Source of the DNA: Candidatus Hodarchaeota archaeon
Lineage (GTDB): Archaea > Asgardarchaeota > Lokiarchaeia > Sigyniarchaeales > SOKP01
DNA: 64,000 nucleotides
Assembly (NCBI GenBank): GCA_048887225.1
Contig: JBHLJY010000011.1
Span: 13,326-77,325 of the forward strand
Direction of reading: 5' to 3'
Part shown: positions 20,015 to 30,142 of the stretch, one piece after another
Position numbering within the stretch: position 1 is the first letter of the stretch
Layout of the letters: each line of letters begins with the position of its first letter
Translations under genes and position numbers: made by a program
Notes under the pieces: model-generated
What the model saw: only the letters and a program-made list of their open reading frames with translations
Database searches by the model: none
Told to the model about the DNA's origin: nothing

Positions 20015-21109
20015 TTGAACATATTCTCTTTTATTATTGTCTGCTTTTTATATTTTTACGCATCAATTATGCTATATATCACCTTTTTGGCTAAAAAAAA
20101 GGGTGAAAAAGAAGCTTTTATCGATGATTTGGCCAACTCTTTAGTTTTGATTAGCTCAATATCAATTAATTTATTAATAGTAAGCAATATAAGGCACCTT
20201 ACGATTGATTTTATTGTTTTTCCCTTTGATATATTAATGTTAAGTTATATCATTATGTTTTTACCTATATTTTATATTTTAATCCTCCGTGAAAAGAGAA
20301 AAATTAAAAAAGGAAAAGAAATCTTTAAAAATTTTGAACAAGAGTCATCAAAAGAATTACCACTAAAATATGATATTTATAGAAAATTAACACATCTAGT
20401 AGTATTAGCAATAATTTTGTTTTATTTTACGCTTGGTTTCATAGTACAAAATTTTTTTGTATACCTTTTAAATTTTGGACCAGAATTTATATCAGACATC
20501 TTTTTTTCAATATATAACATTGAAAAAGACAAAATGATCTTCACACAGTATCTGGTTGTGTTCCTTGTAGGAATTTCATTAATCGGATTACTAACAGCTG
20601 ATTTTGTGAGAATTCTAAAACCAGAGCAATATCCTTTAAAACCCGTTAATCAGATATTAAAAGAAAAAGAGCGTTATCATATGAGATTAGGTCCTCAAAT
20701 ATCTATGGCGGTCGGATGTTTTTCAATAATAATATTGTTTGGATTATTCCAACCAATTGGACCTTTGATAATATGTACTTCAATGACGATGGCTATTTTT
20801 GGGGATATTGCTTCTAATTTAATTGGAAGAACAATAGGAACTAAATATAAAAATATTCGGGACACAAATAAAACTTATATTGGATTATTTGCTGGGATTA
20901 TCATATCTTATTTTTCAGGAATTCTCTTTCTTATCATACTAAGTGGATTTTTTATTTTAAGCCTTTTATTTTTTTTTTTAATACCCTTAATTGGAGCATT
21001 TACTATTGGCCTATTGGACTACTTAGATTTAGAAATAGATGATAATTTAAGTTTTAATTTTCTAGTCACTACTGTTTTATTTATTATAGCAATCCTTATT
21101 GGGGAGTAA
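20015..21109 (+). CDS. CTP-dependent polyprenol/dolichol/diacylglycerol kinase family membrane protein
   Basis: RKLTHL, GD.AS..IG...G, KT..G, IDDNL motifs; multiple TM helices. Confidence 0.8.
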   Translation: MNIFSFIIVCFLYFYASIMLYITFLAKKKGEKEAFIDDLANSLVLISSISINLLIVSNIRHLTIDFIVFPFDILMLSYIIMFLPIFYILILREKRKIKKGKEIFKNFEQESSKELPLKYDIYRKLTHLVVLAIILFYFTLGFIVQNFFVYLLNFGPEFISDIFFSIYNIEKDKMIFTQYLVVFLVGISLIGLLTADFVRILKPEQYPLKPVNQILKEKERYHMRLGPQISMAVGCFSIIILFGLFQPIGPLIICTSMTMAIFGDIASNLIGRTIGTKYKNIRDTNKTYIGLFAGIIISYFSGILFLIILSGFFILSLLFFFLIPLIGAFTIGLLDYLDLEIDDNLSFNFLVTTVLFIIAILIGE

Positions 21110-21149
21110 AATTTTTTTGAAATAAATACAATAATTTTTATGATTAGAA

Positions 21150-21656
21150 ATGTTTGAAGACAAATTAAAAATCGAAAAAATACGAAAGGGAACAGTTATT
21201 GACCATATTGACTCTGGATATGCTTTAACTATTTTAGATCTCACAGGATTAGCAGAATCACCAGACCTAATGACAATAGGAATAAATGTTCCTTCGAAAA
21301 AGTTCCCTAAAAAGGATCTAATTAAAATTGAGAATATTTTTCTTAATGAAATTCAGATGCAACAAATTTCTATTCTATCACCAAACGCAACGATCTCTTT
21401 AATAGAAGATTATAAGGTCATTGAAAAGAAAAAAGTAAAAATTCCAGAAGTAATAAAAAAATTAATTGTCTGTCAAAATATAACCTGTATTACAAATTCA
21501 CAAAAAGAACCTATCGATGCTGAATTCATCGTATTAGAAGAAAAACCCCTCAAAATTCAGTGTATCTATTGTGATAGGATTTACAAATTAGATGAGATAA
21601 TCTTTACCACACGAGAGAAAATAGAAAAAAGAGTAAGACAAAAAATACAATTATAG
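21150..21656 (+). CDS. pyrI: Aspartate carbamoyltransferase regulatory subunit
   Basis: GTVIDHI, KKDLIKIE, P.ATI, C.N..CIT, C.YC Zn ligands. Confidence 0.95.
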   Translation: MFEDKLKIEKIRKGTVIDHIDSGYALTILDLTGLAESPDLMTIGINVPSKKFPKKDLIKIENIFLNEIQMQQISILSPNATISLIEDYKVIEKKKVKIPEVIKKLIVCQNITCITNSQKEPIDAEFIVLEEKPLKIQCIYCDRIYKLDEIIFTTREKIEKRVRQKIQL

Positions 21657-21921
21657 AAGCACGTTTTTAACATTGAGAAATATTAAAACCACAATCGAAA
21701 AATTTAACGACATCATTTCAAAATAATCATAAAGAGACTCTTTAAATTTATTCATTATTCTAAAATTGCGTTAATAATATATAAATCAAGACTCCGTCAA
21801 GAAAAGTTGAATTATTCAGTATTGAACATTGGATATTAAAAAGAAATTTTATTAGATTATTTTCATTTCTAAAGAAAAAATTGAAAAAAAAGTAAAGCAA
21901 AGAATTCAATTATAATATCAA

Positions 21922-22359
21922 TTATACTATTACTTGTAATGTATGAATCAGTATTGCAAATATCATAAACAAAAAGAAGTAAATCCCTATACCTGGCTTG
22001 ATTATATTTTTCCAATCCCATTCCTCTTTATCATATTCATATCTTAAAATGAAAAAGCTCACCAAAAAAGGAAAACCGAACCAAAAGCTTAACATCCAAA
22101 TAAAAAGCCACCAACTTTTTAGACCTATTAATGTTCCTATTAATGCACTCAATGCACCTGTCGCTGCCCTGATCCAATACAATTTTGTCTCTTTTGCCAA
22201 TCTAATCTCCAATTTTTCTTCTTTTTCTGTTTTAAATTTCTTTTTTATTTCCCTTTCTTCTCGCTCTACTTTTGGTTGCTTTTTTTCTCTCTCTTTTAAT
22301 ATCTTTGCTCGTTTTTTACGAACATCGAACTTTTTAGCGCGCTTTTTCTTGGACGCCAT
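21922..22359 (-). CDS. RAB5IF(OPTI)/EMC6-like three-TM membrane protein
   Basis: Charged N-terminal helix, then LYWIR...G..S..IG..IG, TM2, acidic loop DKEEW, IIK.GIG.YFFLFM...ILIHT. Confidence 0.7.
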   Translation of the reverse strand: MASKKKRAKKFDVRKKRAKILKEREKKQPKVEREEREIKKKFKTEKEEKLEIRLAKETKLYWIRAATGALSALIGTLIGLKSWWLFIWMLSFWFGFPFLVSFFILRYEYDKEEWDWKNIIKPGIGIYFFLFMIFAILIHTLQVIV

Positions 22360-22407
22360 GATGATTATTATTATAAATAATTATTATTATAAAAATCATT
22401 ATACAAC

Positions 22408-24480
22408 TTGGAATTAAAAAAAAGACCGAAAATAATGAGATTATTTACAAATGTCGATGTATTCGCAATAACGAAAGAACTTGACCAAATGCTAAATAAT
22501 TCCACAATTTCCAACGTGTATGAGATTGAAGATTTACTTATACTAAAACTAAATACATATGAAGGAAAAAAGAATTTAATAATTAAAAGCGACGCTAGGA
22601 TAAATTTAACGGAATATGATTACCCCATTCCTAAATATCCTTCCCAATATATAATATCTTTAAGGAAATTGTTAAAAAATAGACGAATTATAAAAATTTT
22701 TCAACATAATTTTGATAGAATTGTAATTTTTGAATTATATAATACTAATACGGAGCCTTGGAAACTCATAATAGAACTATTTAATAAAGGAAATTTCATT
22801 CTTGTTGATGAAAAAAGCATAATAAAAGTAGCAAAAAAATATAAAAAATTTAAGGATAGAGATATCTTAGCTGGAAAGGTATATCTTTTTCCTAAGTCTA
22901 AAGGTAAAGATTTTTTGACATTAAATAAAAACGAGTTTAAAGAACTAATTAAAGGCACCGATGTTGAAGTTGTTAAAAATTTGGCAAGAAATATAAATAT
23001 TGCAGGATTATACGGTGAAGAAATATGTTATAAAGCTGAAATTGATAAAAATTTAAATGGAAAAGATTTAAATGATACAGACATTGATAAATTATTCAAA
23101 TCATTTAAAGCTTTAAGAAATCAGTTACTTTTTGGTAATATTAAAGCCCATATCGTCATAGATGATGTTGGAAAAGAGCATTATGTTTTCCCTTTTGAAT
23201 TAGAAATGTTTAATGAATTTAATAAGCGTGAATTTGATTCATTTAATAACGCTGTTGATAACTTCTATTCGAAAATAGACTCTGAAATTATAAAGAAACC
23301 AAGCAACGAAAAAATTAAAGAAAAAATTAAAACACAGGAAAAAATTTTAAAAAATCAACTAGAATACTTGGAAGAACTTAAACTAAAGAAGAAAAAATAT
23401 TATGAACGTGGTGATTTTATTTATACCCATTTCAAACCTTTAGAAAAGCTAATAAATGTTATTAAAACTGCTAAGTCAAAGGGGTATAAATGGGAGGAAA
23501 TTAATGATAAATTACAAAAAGCTAAGCTCGAAAAATTAGGTGGAACAGAATTTTTTAAAAAAATAATTCCATCTACTAAGCTGGTTGTTATAAAAATTAA
23601 CGATGATGAGATATATTTAGATTTAAACAGAAGCATTGGAGAAAATGCGAATGTAATTTATGAGAAAGGAAAAAAAGCAGAAAAAAAAATTAGGGGTACA
23701 GTTCCCGCAATTGAAAAAACAAAACTAAACATTGAGAAGTTAAAACTAGAAAAGGATTCAGTAGAAACTGAAATTGATTTTTTAATTAAGAAGCCAAAAA
23801 AAAAATGGTTTGAGAAATTCAGATGGTTTAAATCTTCAAACGAATTTCTAGTAATAGGGGGCAGAGATGCTAGCTCTAATGAACTTATATTTAAGAGATA
23901 TTTGGATCAAAATGATTTAGTATTTCATACAGATTTCCCAGGTTCCCCTTTAATAGTTATAAAAAATCCTGAAAATGAAACAATTCCAGAAGGTACCATT
24001 CTAGAAGCGGCAGATTTCGTAGCAAGTTTTTCTCGCGCGTGGAAAGAGAACTGGGGGGTGGTTGATGTATTTTATGTTTTACCATCACAAATCTCTAGAA
24101 GTCCACCTTCTGGTGAGTATTTACCAAAGGGATCATTTATAATAACTGGCAAGAAAAAATTTATAAAAAACGCTAAAACTGAATTAGCAATAGGCTTAGA
24201 ATTATTTGAGATGGAAATTAATTCAGACGATAGCATAAAAAAATATTATCCGAAAATATTATCTGGCCCAAAAAATGCTATTATGGAGCAATCAGACAAC
24301 ATTATTATTATAAAACCATCAAAAACTGGATTGACAAAAGGTAAATTAGCTAAAGAAATTAGAACCTATTTTCTTAAAAACTCTGATAAGAGCATGAAAA
24401 AATGGATAAAATTATTATCTATTGATGAGATTATTCTGAGCCTTCCAACAGGCTCATCGATAATCGAATCAAAAGATTAA
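22408..24480 (+). CDS. rqcH: NFACT/NEMF (Rqc2/RqcH) ribosome quality-control protein
   Basis: LRK.L, FDRIV, ELF..GN, coiled coil, WFEKFRWF.SS...VIGGRDA..NE, FH....GSP, PPSGEYLPKGSF; start may be ATG 22435. Confidence 0.93.
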   Translation: MELKKRPKIMRLFTNVDVFAITKELDQMLNNSTISNVYEIEDLLILKLNTYEGKKNLIIKSDARINLTEYDYPIPKYPSQYIISLRKLLKNRRIIKIFQHNFDRIVIFELYNTNTEPWKLIIELFNKGNFILVDEKSIIKVAKKYKKFKDRDILAGKVYLFPKSKGKDFLTLNKNEFKELIKGTDVEVVKNLARNINIAGLYGEEICYKAEIDKNLNGKDLNDTDIDKLFKSFKALRNQLLFGNIKAHIVIDDVGKEHYVFPFELEMFNEFNKREFDSFNNAVDNFYSKIDSEIIKKPSNEKIKEKIKTQEKILKNQLEYLEELKLKKKKYYERGDFIYTHFKPLEKLINVIKTAKSKGYKWEEINDKLQKAKLEKLGGTEFFKKIIPSTKLVVIKINDDEIYLDLNRSIGENANVIYEKGKKAEKKIRGTVPAIEKTKLNIEKLKLEKDSVETEIDFLIKKPKKKWFEKFRWFKSSNEFLVIGGRDASSNELIFKRYLDQNDLVFHTDFPGSPLIVIKNPENETIPEGTILEAADFVASFSRAWKENWGVVDVFYVLPSQISRSPPSGEYLPKGSFIITGKKKFIKNAKTELAIGLELFEMEINSDDSIKKYYPKILSGPKNAIMEQSDNIIIIKPSKTGLTKGKLAKEIRTYFLKNSDKSMKKWIKLLSIDEIILSLPTGSSIIESKD

Positions 24481-25217
24481 TATTCTTCCAACCATTGCTT
24501 AATTATAGGGATATTTTTATAATCATCGAAGAGAATTCCATTAATCCCCTGTTTTATTAAAGATTTAATCTTATCAACGGGTTTATCGTAGCGAAAGAAA
24601 TCCCATGATAAAGATAAAATATTGTTTTTTTTACAGATTTCTATAAATTTATTAGATACCAAGGTTGATCTCAGACCAATCATATCAATTTTAAAAGGGA
24701 TTTTTTTTTGACCATATGTTATAAATTCTTGAATTGTTAAATCCTTTCCCTTGGTAATATTATAGCATATATTGCATCTCGGAAATTTATTTTTAATTAA
24801 TTTTAAATTTTTTAGATTTCTTCCGCTAATTACACAATCTTGTAATAAATCTCTTTCATTCACCGATTTAAGTACTTGTTCGCATATATTATCCTCTTTT
24901 AAATCAATCATAAACTTAGTATTACCTTTAAATTTATCAAGAACTGCTATTAAAAGTGGAATCTGCTCTTTATTAGTTTTTGTCTTAAATTTCTTTATTT
25001 CATCGTAATAAAAATCCTTTATTAATCCTGAACCTGTTGTAGTTCTATTTAGAGAAGGATCGTGCATTATTATTAATTTTTTATCTTTTGTTTCTCGTAC
25101 ATCAAATTCTATATAATCTGCTCCATTTTTTATAGCTTTATCGAAAGCTTGTAAAGTATTTTCGTCAAAATTAATTCTCGTCCCACGGTGCCCAATGCAA
25201 ATAAGATCCGTTTTCAT
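24477..25217 (-). CDS. Glycerophosphodiester phosphodiesterase
   Basis: GHRG, ENT..AF, IEFDV..TKD, HD..L.RTT, IP.L, IDLK. Confidence 0.92.
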   Translation of the reverse strand: MKTDLICIGHRGTRINFDENTLQAFDKAIKNGADYIEFDVRETKDKKLIIMHDPSLNRTTTGSGLIKDFYYDEIKKFKTKTNKEQIPLLIAVLDKFKGNTKFMIDLKEDNICEQVLKSVNERDLLQDCVISGRNLKNLKLIKNKFPRCNICYNITKGKDLTIQEFITYGQKKIPFKIDMIGLRSTLVSNKFIEICKKNNILSLSWDFFRYDKPVDKIKSLIKQGINGILFDDYKNIPIIKQWLEEY

Positions 25218-25260
25218 GATTAAGGGATTTAAGAATTATTAAAAAATATTTTATTTGTCT

Positions 25261-25689
25261 TTAACTCTCTTGAATTAAATATAAATAAAATAGAATCGCA
25301 AACACTCCAATTGAAGTAAGAATAAAAACAACAAGACTACGAATTGTTTGGATCAAGGATAGTCCTAATAAAAATAAAATTTCTTTTAATTTAACTGGTT
25401 TTCCTGTTAGTTCTTTATAATTTCCTAGGCTAATCATCATAAAAAAGAATTCCAAAACAATTACGCTCGTTTTGATTGAGTGGTCTAATATTTCCCAATA
25501 TATCTCTTTTTTTACATATTTTATAATTATTCCTTCAAAAAACCACTCCGTTCCATTAAAGAACAGCGATAAGACTAAAAAAACTCCCGCAAGAATAGCT
25601 GAGATTTTTACAGACTTTAATATTAATTTATCATCAGGTATCCTTTTTGATTTTGATTCTTTTTTTCGCTCTTTTTTAAATTTTGGCAT
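25261..25689 (-). CDS. Hypothetical membrane protein (~4 TM)
   Basis: Basic N-terminus followed by hydrophobic segments. Confidence 0.7.
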   Translation of the reverse strand: MPKFKKERKKESKSKRIPDDKLILKSVKISAILAGVFLVLSLFFNGTEWFFEGIIIKYVKKEIYWEILDHSIKTSVIVLEFFFMMISLGNYKELTGKPVKLKEILFLLGLSLIQTIRSLVVFILTSIGVFAILFYLYLIQES

Positions 25690-25690
25690 A

Positions 25691-26506
25691 TTATTCCGTT
25701 ACCCTTCTAATTTTCTTCTTTATTACAATTATTTTATAGAGATACAAAGCAAAAAGCCCTCCAAGACCAATAAAAATAATTATACATAGAATATTGTGCA
25801 CTAAAATCCATGGATTTTCTTCACCTTTAGGGAGGTATTCTATATCAATCAAAACAATGTTACTTTTTTTAAAGCTAGTAGGATAATTAGGATTTTCACC
25901 ATAAACGATTTTAAAAGCATAAGTTTCTCCAAAATCTAAAAATACATCATTAATGTCATCATCTGAATTATTAACAGGTATTCTGAATTCATAGATGATT
26001 TCTTTTCCATCTAATTTGGCAGCAGCCTCCCCATTAGATTCTCTATCTTTGTAGAATATATTGTTTAAAATGTAATAATCTAAGTATTCATCTTTTTCGT
26101 TTATCCCTCCTAAATCATTAAATTGAAGGATTTTTGCATCTACAAAAGATTCGTTACTTGTAGCCTCACTATCAGAAATTAAAATTCCTATAAATTCTTG
26201 AGATTCATGTTTTTCGAGCTCAAATTGAATAGAAATATAAAGATTTGATTTATTTTGCATTACCCATAACTTAATTGGTATTCCCTTATCAGTAGGGGTT
26301 AAACTTGTTAGACTAATTTCTTCTTTCGTGGCATTAATCCATTCTTTCTTAGATCTATCAATATCACCGTCTATTTCTGGAGCGTATCCAAAATCAGGTT
26401 CAATATCTATAATAATGGCATAACTGTTATTTGTAAGAAAACATACAGTAAAAAACATGTGAATTATAAGCAAACAAAAAAAGATTTTAGTTGTTGATTT
26501 TTTCAA
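25691..26506 (-). CDS. Exported membrane-anchored protein with CBM9/DOMON-like domain
   Basis: Signal peptide, APEIDG....EW, N.YI..., YEFRIP, C-terminal TM plus basic tail. Confidence 0.7.
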   Translation of the reverse strand: MKKSTTKIFFCLLIIHMFFTVCFLTNNSYAIIIDIEPDFGYAPEIDGDIDRSKKEWINATKEEISLTSLTPTDKGIPIKLWVMQNKSNLYISIQFELEKHESQEFIGILISDSEATSNESFVDAKILQFNDLGGINEKDEYLDYYILNNIFYKDRESNGEAAAKLDGKEIIYEFRIPVNNSDDDINDVFLDFGETYAFKIVYGENPNYPTSFKKSNIVLIDIEYLPKGEENPWILVHNILCIIIFIGLGGLFALYLYKIIVIKKKIRRVTE

Positions 26507-26701
26507 GATTAATAAATCACTTATTTTTAAATTGTTTAATTTTCCTTATATTTCACGTTAAAAGTGATAATTTAATTTGAATATTAAATTTTTACAAATT
26601 TATACTCATGTATTTATTTAATTTAGGATAATTTGAACTAGTTATCATTAGCTTCGAAATTGGAGCTTTATTAAATAAGTCTAGTATTCTTTAACACAAA
26701 T

Positions 26702-27163
26702 TTATCGTAGAAAATTAGGGAGTAAGATTAAACATTGAAATTTATTTAAATATGCAATAATATAGTTTATAAGTCGTTTTATCTCGCGTCTCGCATCGGA
26801 ATTGTTCTGTTTATTGGTATATTCAGCATAGGGTTTTGGACCAATTGCTACTAATGAACCAGAGAGGTCTTTTTCCCTCTTTACAAATAGCCAAAAGGGC
26901 TTATTTTTTTCTGTATCTTTTACTATGAAAAGCATCCATGGGTTGAATGTCCAATCTTCGTCGTTTTCTGGTCCAATAACCTTTTCAATCGCTCTACTTG
27001 TTGAATATTTTTTTGTTATCTTAATTATTTTAGCTAGCTCATTAAAATAACTTCTCTTTATTTTTAAATATCCTCCAAAATAAGATTTAGCATCGAATAA
27101 TTCAAGCTCTTTCTTAAGATCTATGCCATTCGGAAATTTGAGGATAATTCTCCAAAGCTTCAT
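26702..27163 (-). CDS. Hypothetical protein
   Basis: 153-aa ORF, co-oriented in the RNase P gene run. Confidence 0.7.
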   Translation of the reverse strand: MKLWRIILKFPNGIDLKKELELFDAKSYFGGYLKIKRSYFNELAKIIKITKKYSTSRAIEKVIGPENDEDWTFNPWMLFIVKDTEKNKPFWLFVKREKDLSGSLVAIGPKPYAEYTNKQNNSDARREIKRLINYIIAYLNKFQCLILLPNFLR

Positions 27164-27182
27164 AGAAATATCTGTTATTTTT

Positions 27183-27614
27183 TTATTTTAAACAAATCTC
27201 TTTAATTGATATATCTCTAAATATATTTTTAATCTTATTTAAAGCGACTTTTAAAACTTCAGTTTTAACATCAGATAAACTTAAATTAAGATAACATTCA
27301 TAATGTAATTCATTTCCTTTTATTATTAAACCAGAGGTATGGATTATATCAAATTCTTGGAATATTTTGGATAAGCTTAAATATGAGGTAGTTTTATCTG
27401 ACGTTTTTAAACCAAATAAACTTACTTTAATTAGATTTTTTACTTTAACGGGGTAAATTGCTAATCTTGCACGATTTTCTTGATTCGTTTGGATAACTAA
27501 TAAATATGGATTATCTTTTAAATATCTTTTATCCGATATTGATATATTTAAATTAATATTAGTAGGATCGTCAATACTCTGAATATATGCCCTTGTTAAG
27601 CTTATACCTTTCAT
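27183..27614 (-). CDS. Hypothetical protein, possible C-terminal ACT-like domain
   Basis: C-half has a beta-alpha-beta-beta-alpha-beta hydrophobicity pattern (IIHTSG...YECY). Confidence 0.6.
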   Translation of the reverse strand: MKGISLTRAYIQSIDDPTNINLNISISDKRYLKDNPYLLVIQTNQENRARLAIYPVKVKNLIKVSLFGLKTSDKTTSYLSLSKIFQEFDIIHTSGLIIKGNELHYECYLNLSLSDVKTEVLKVALNKIKNIFRDISIKEICLK

Positions 27615-27649
27615 TACTATTGAAAGTTTATTTTTTACAATTAATTTAT

Positions 27650-27973
27650 TTAATTTTTAATGTTTTTTAACCCTCTAATTGTTCCTGAAGTCTTTATTGG
27701 AGATAAAATTATTCTTTTTCCATTGATCTCTCTTATAAATGTCAATGCTGAAATCATTTCCTCTTTTGTTTCGTTTGAACACCTTATTATTCCGATTTCT
27801 CTCTTTAAATCTAGCTTATATAGCCATAACCCGGTTTTATTTGCCCCTTTTATACCAAAGTATCTCCATACAGAGCGCCAAATTAATCGAAGTATATCTT
27901 GTTTATCGAAAAATGTATCGGTTTCCTTTATTATTTTAAACAAAACATATCTCTGCTTTTCTATTTTGACCAA
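27650..27973 (-). CDS. rnp2: RNase P protein Pop5/Rpp14
   Basis: EKQRY..F, .FG..G, GIIRC, TSGTI. Confidence 0.92.
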   Translation of the reverse strand: MVKIEKQRYVLFKIIKETDTFFDKQDILRLIWRSVWRYFGIKGANKTGLWLYKLDLKREIGIIRCSNETKEEMISALTFIREINGKRIILSPIKTSGTIRGLKNIKN

Positions 27974-27975
27974 TT

Positions 27976-28716
27976 CTATTCAACTCTCTTAATTAATCTT
28001 ACTCCTTCTTCAATGAAACCTTTATCTCTTCTTTTTTGAACTCTTTGTAATAAAATAAGGGGATTTTCTTTAAATCCTTTTTTTGCCTCGCTTAATGGAA
28101 TTTCTAATAATGAATTACATATACTTATCAAAGCTCTTGGATGTCTAAAATCATATAAATCTTCAAAATTTCCATTTATGATATAATTTGCTTTTAAATT
28201 TCTAATTAATCTTAAAAAACGATACAAGTTTCTGAAATTTTTTGATTGAATTGACTTATTTGTTAGCATGATTGGTGATAAAGAAAATTCTATAAACGTT
28301 TTATTTTGTTTTGCTAAAGAAATTACTCCTGGAGTTAATGTTTTTATTATCTTTTGATCTGAAAAAGAGATAAGATCCACTCTAGAATCCCTTGCAGCAT
28401 AAAGTTGAGTTTCTTTATCTGGTGTTTCAATAGAAAGAAGATCTGTAAAATTGTTATATTCCTTAATTATGTTCTTAAGTTCATTTAAACCTGAAGGTTT
28501 TAAAGTAATACGATAATATAAATTAATTTTCGTTAAATTCTCAATTTTCTTTTTTAAATCTAATGATATTCTTCTAATATCATTTTTTGGTTCTAAAATC
28601 AAATTTTTAACTCCTAATCTCTCATAAAAATCCAATTTTTTTTTAACTTCGTTGATATTGTCGAAATTTACTCTTAACCTAGATTCAAAATAAGACAAAA
28701 AATTGGAGACCTCCAA
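27976..28716 (-). CDS. rnp3: RNase P protein Rpp30
   Basis: A.RD.RVDLI, LA......IEF, R.PR.L; adjacent to Pop5. Confidence 0.85.
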   Translation of the reverse strand: MEVSNFLSYFESRLRVNFDNINEVKKKLDFYERLGVKNLILEPKNDIRRISLDLKKKIENLTKINLYYRITLKPSGLNELKNIIKEYNNFTDLLSIETPDKETQLYAARDSRVDLISFSDQKIIKTLTPGVISLAKQNKTFIEFSLSPIMLTNKSIQSKNFRNLYRFLRLIRNLKANYIINGNFEDLYDFRHPRALISICNSLLEIPLSEAKKGFKENPLILLQRVQKRRDKGFIEEGVRLIKRVE

Positions 28717-28825
28717 TAAAATGCATGTTCTTTAATCTAATTCTTTAAGATTTGTAAGTATAAATATTATAAAAAAATTTTAGTATAATTAAATATTTAG
28801 AATGATATTATTTTGTAAAAATTGA

Positions 28826-30124
28826 GTGTTTTTTGTGGCAAAGAAAAGAACATTATCAGAAATAAATGAAAAAATTAAGAAAGGTACTGCGATTATATTA
28901 ACTGTTCAAGACTTAATAGATCATATAAATGATGGTGAAAAAGTTCATTTTGATGATGTTGATGTTGTTACAACTGCTACTAAAGGACTTATGAGTGGAA
29001 TTATGGGAATCTTCTCATTCCGACTATCGCCACCAAAAACATTAAGAAAATTCACTGAAGTAAGTATAAATGGAATTCCGACATTTCCTGGACCGTGCCC
29101 AAATGAATATTTGGGCATAGTAGATTTAATAATCTATGGAACTGCGCAAAGTAAAACAAGAAAAAATTATTGTGGTGGTTCTCTTTTTAGAGATTTTGTA
29201 GAAGGAAAGCCTATAGAAATCTCTGCTGAAAGTAGTGAAGGCGAAAATATTATTAAAAACTTGACTTTAGACGATATGCAATTTGCTAAATTAATGGGAA
29301 CAAGACAAGCTATTAAAAATTACAATGCAATGATTAATTGTGAATCTTATAAGGTCGATACTATCTTCTCTTGCCTCCCTTTTGAAGCAAATAAGACTGA
29401 AATCACCTTTTCGGGATGTGGTGCGTTGAACCCTTTCCAAAATGATCCAGAATTCTTAACTTATGGTGTTGGGTCCCCTATCTTAGTAAACGGAAGTATA
29501 GGATATTTAATTGGCCCTGGAACCCGTAATTACATAGTTAAACCCAATATGATGACGATTGCTCCGATGAGTGAAATGAAACCAGAATATATGGGCGCTT
29601 TTAAGACATCTTACGGACTAGAACCGATTTGTAGTTTAGCAATCCCAATTCCAATTTTAAATGAAAATATCTTTGATAATATAGTTAAATCAGATAAAGA
29701 TGTGCCTTTAACTATTTTAAGTCTAGTAGGTCGCGAAAAAGTAGGGGAGGCCACTTATGCTGATGTTTGGGATAAAAATTTTTATATGCAGTTTAATCCT
29801 GAGGAATGTAAAAGTTGTATTAAGTGCGATATTATTGACATATGCCCAACAAACGCTTTCATAATAAAAGAGAATTGGATAACAGCAATAGATCGCTCAC
29901 GATGTTTTAATTGCGGGAATTGCACAAATTTATGTCCGAAAGCATTTAAACTTGATTTAAAGACCATTAATTTTGAAGGACATGAAATTCCTGTTGTATT
30001 ACGACAGTCAGACAGATATGGAGCAATTAAATTGGCAGAAGAATTAAAATCTTTAATTGTAAAAGGAGTTTTTCCTTTAATTAAACCAACAGGCAAGTTA
30101 GATTTCGCACAAATAGTTAAATAA
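28826..30124 (+). CDS. Methanogenesis marker 16 metalloprotein (homocysteine-biosynthesis sulfurtransferase family with ferredoxin insert)
   Basis: EINEKI..G.A, VDVVTTAT...MSG, GPCPNE.LG, SGCG..NP.QNDP, CxxCxxC...CP and CxxCxxCxxxCP, RQSDR. Confidence 0.85.
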   Translation: MFFVAKKRTLSEINEKIKKGTAIILTVQDLIDHINDGEKVHFDDVDVVTTATKGLMSGIMGIFSFRLSPPKTLRKFTEVSINGIPTFPGPCPNEYLGIVDLIIYGTAQSKTRKNYCGGSLFRDFVEGKPIEISAESSEGENIIKNLTLDDMQFAKLMGTRQAIKNYNAMINCESYKVDTIFSCLPFEANKTEITFSGCGALNPFQNDPEFLTYGVGSPILVNGSIGYLIGPGTRNYIVKPNMMTIAPMSEMKPEYMGAFKTSYGLEPICSLAIPIPILNENIFDNIVKSDKDVPLTILSLVGREKVGEATYADVWDKNFYMQFNPEECKSCIKCDIIDICPTNAFIIKENWITAIDRSRCFNCGNCTNLCPKAFKLDLKTINFEGHEIPVVLRQSDRYGAIKLAEELKSLIVKGVFPLIKPTGKLDFAQIVK

Positions 30125-30142
30125 TAAACTCCCTGATTTACT

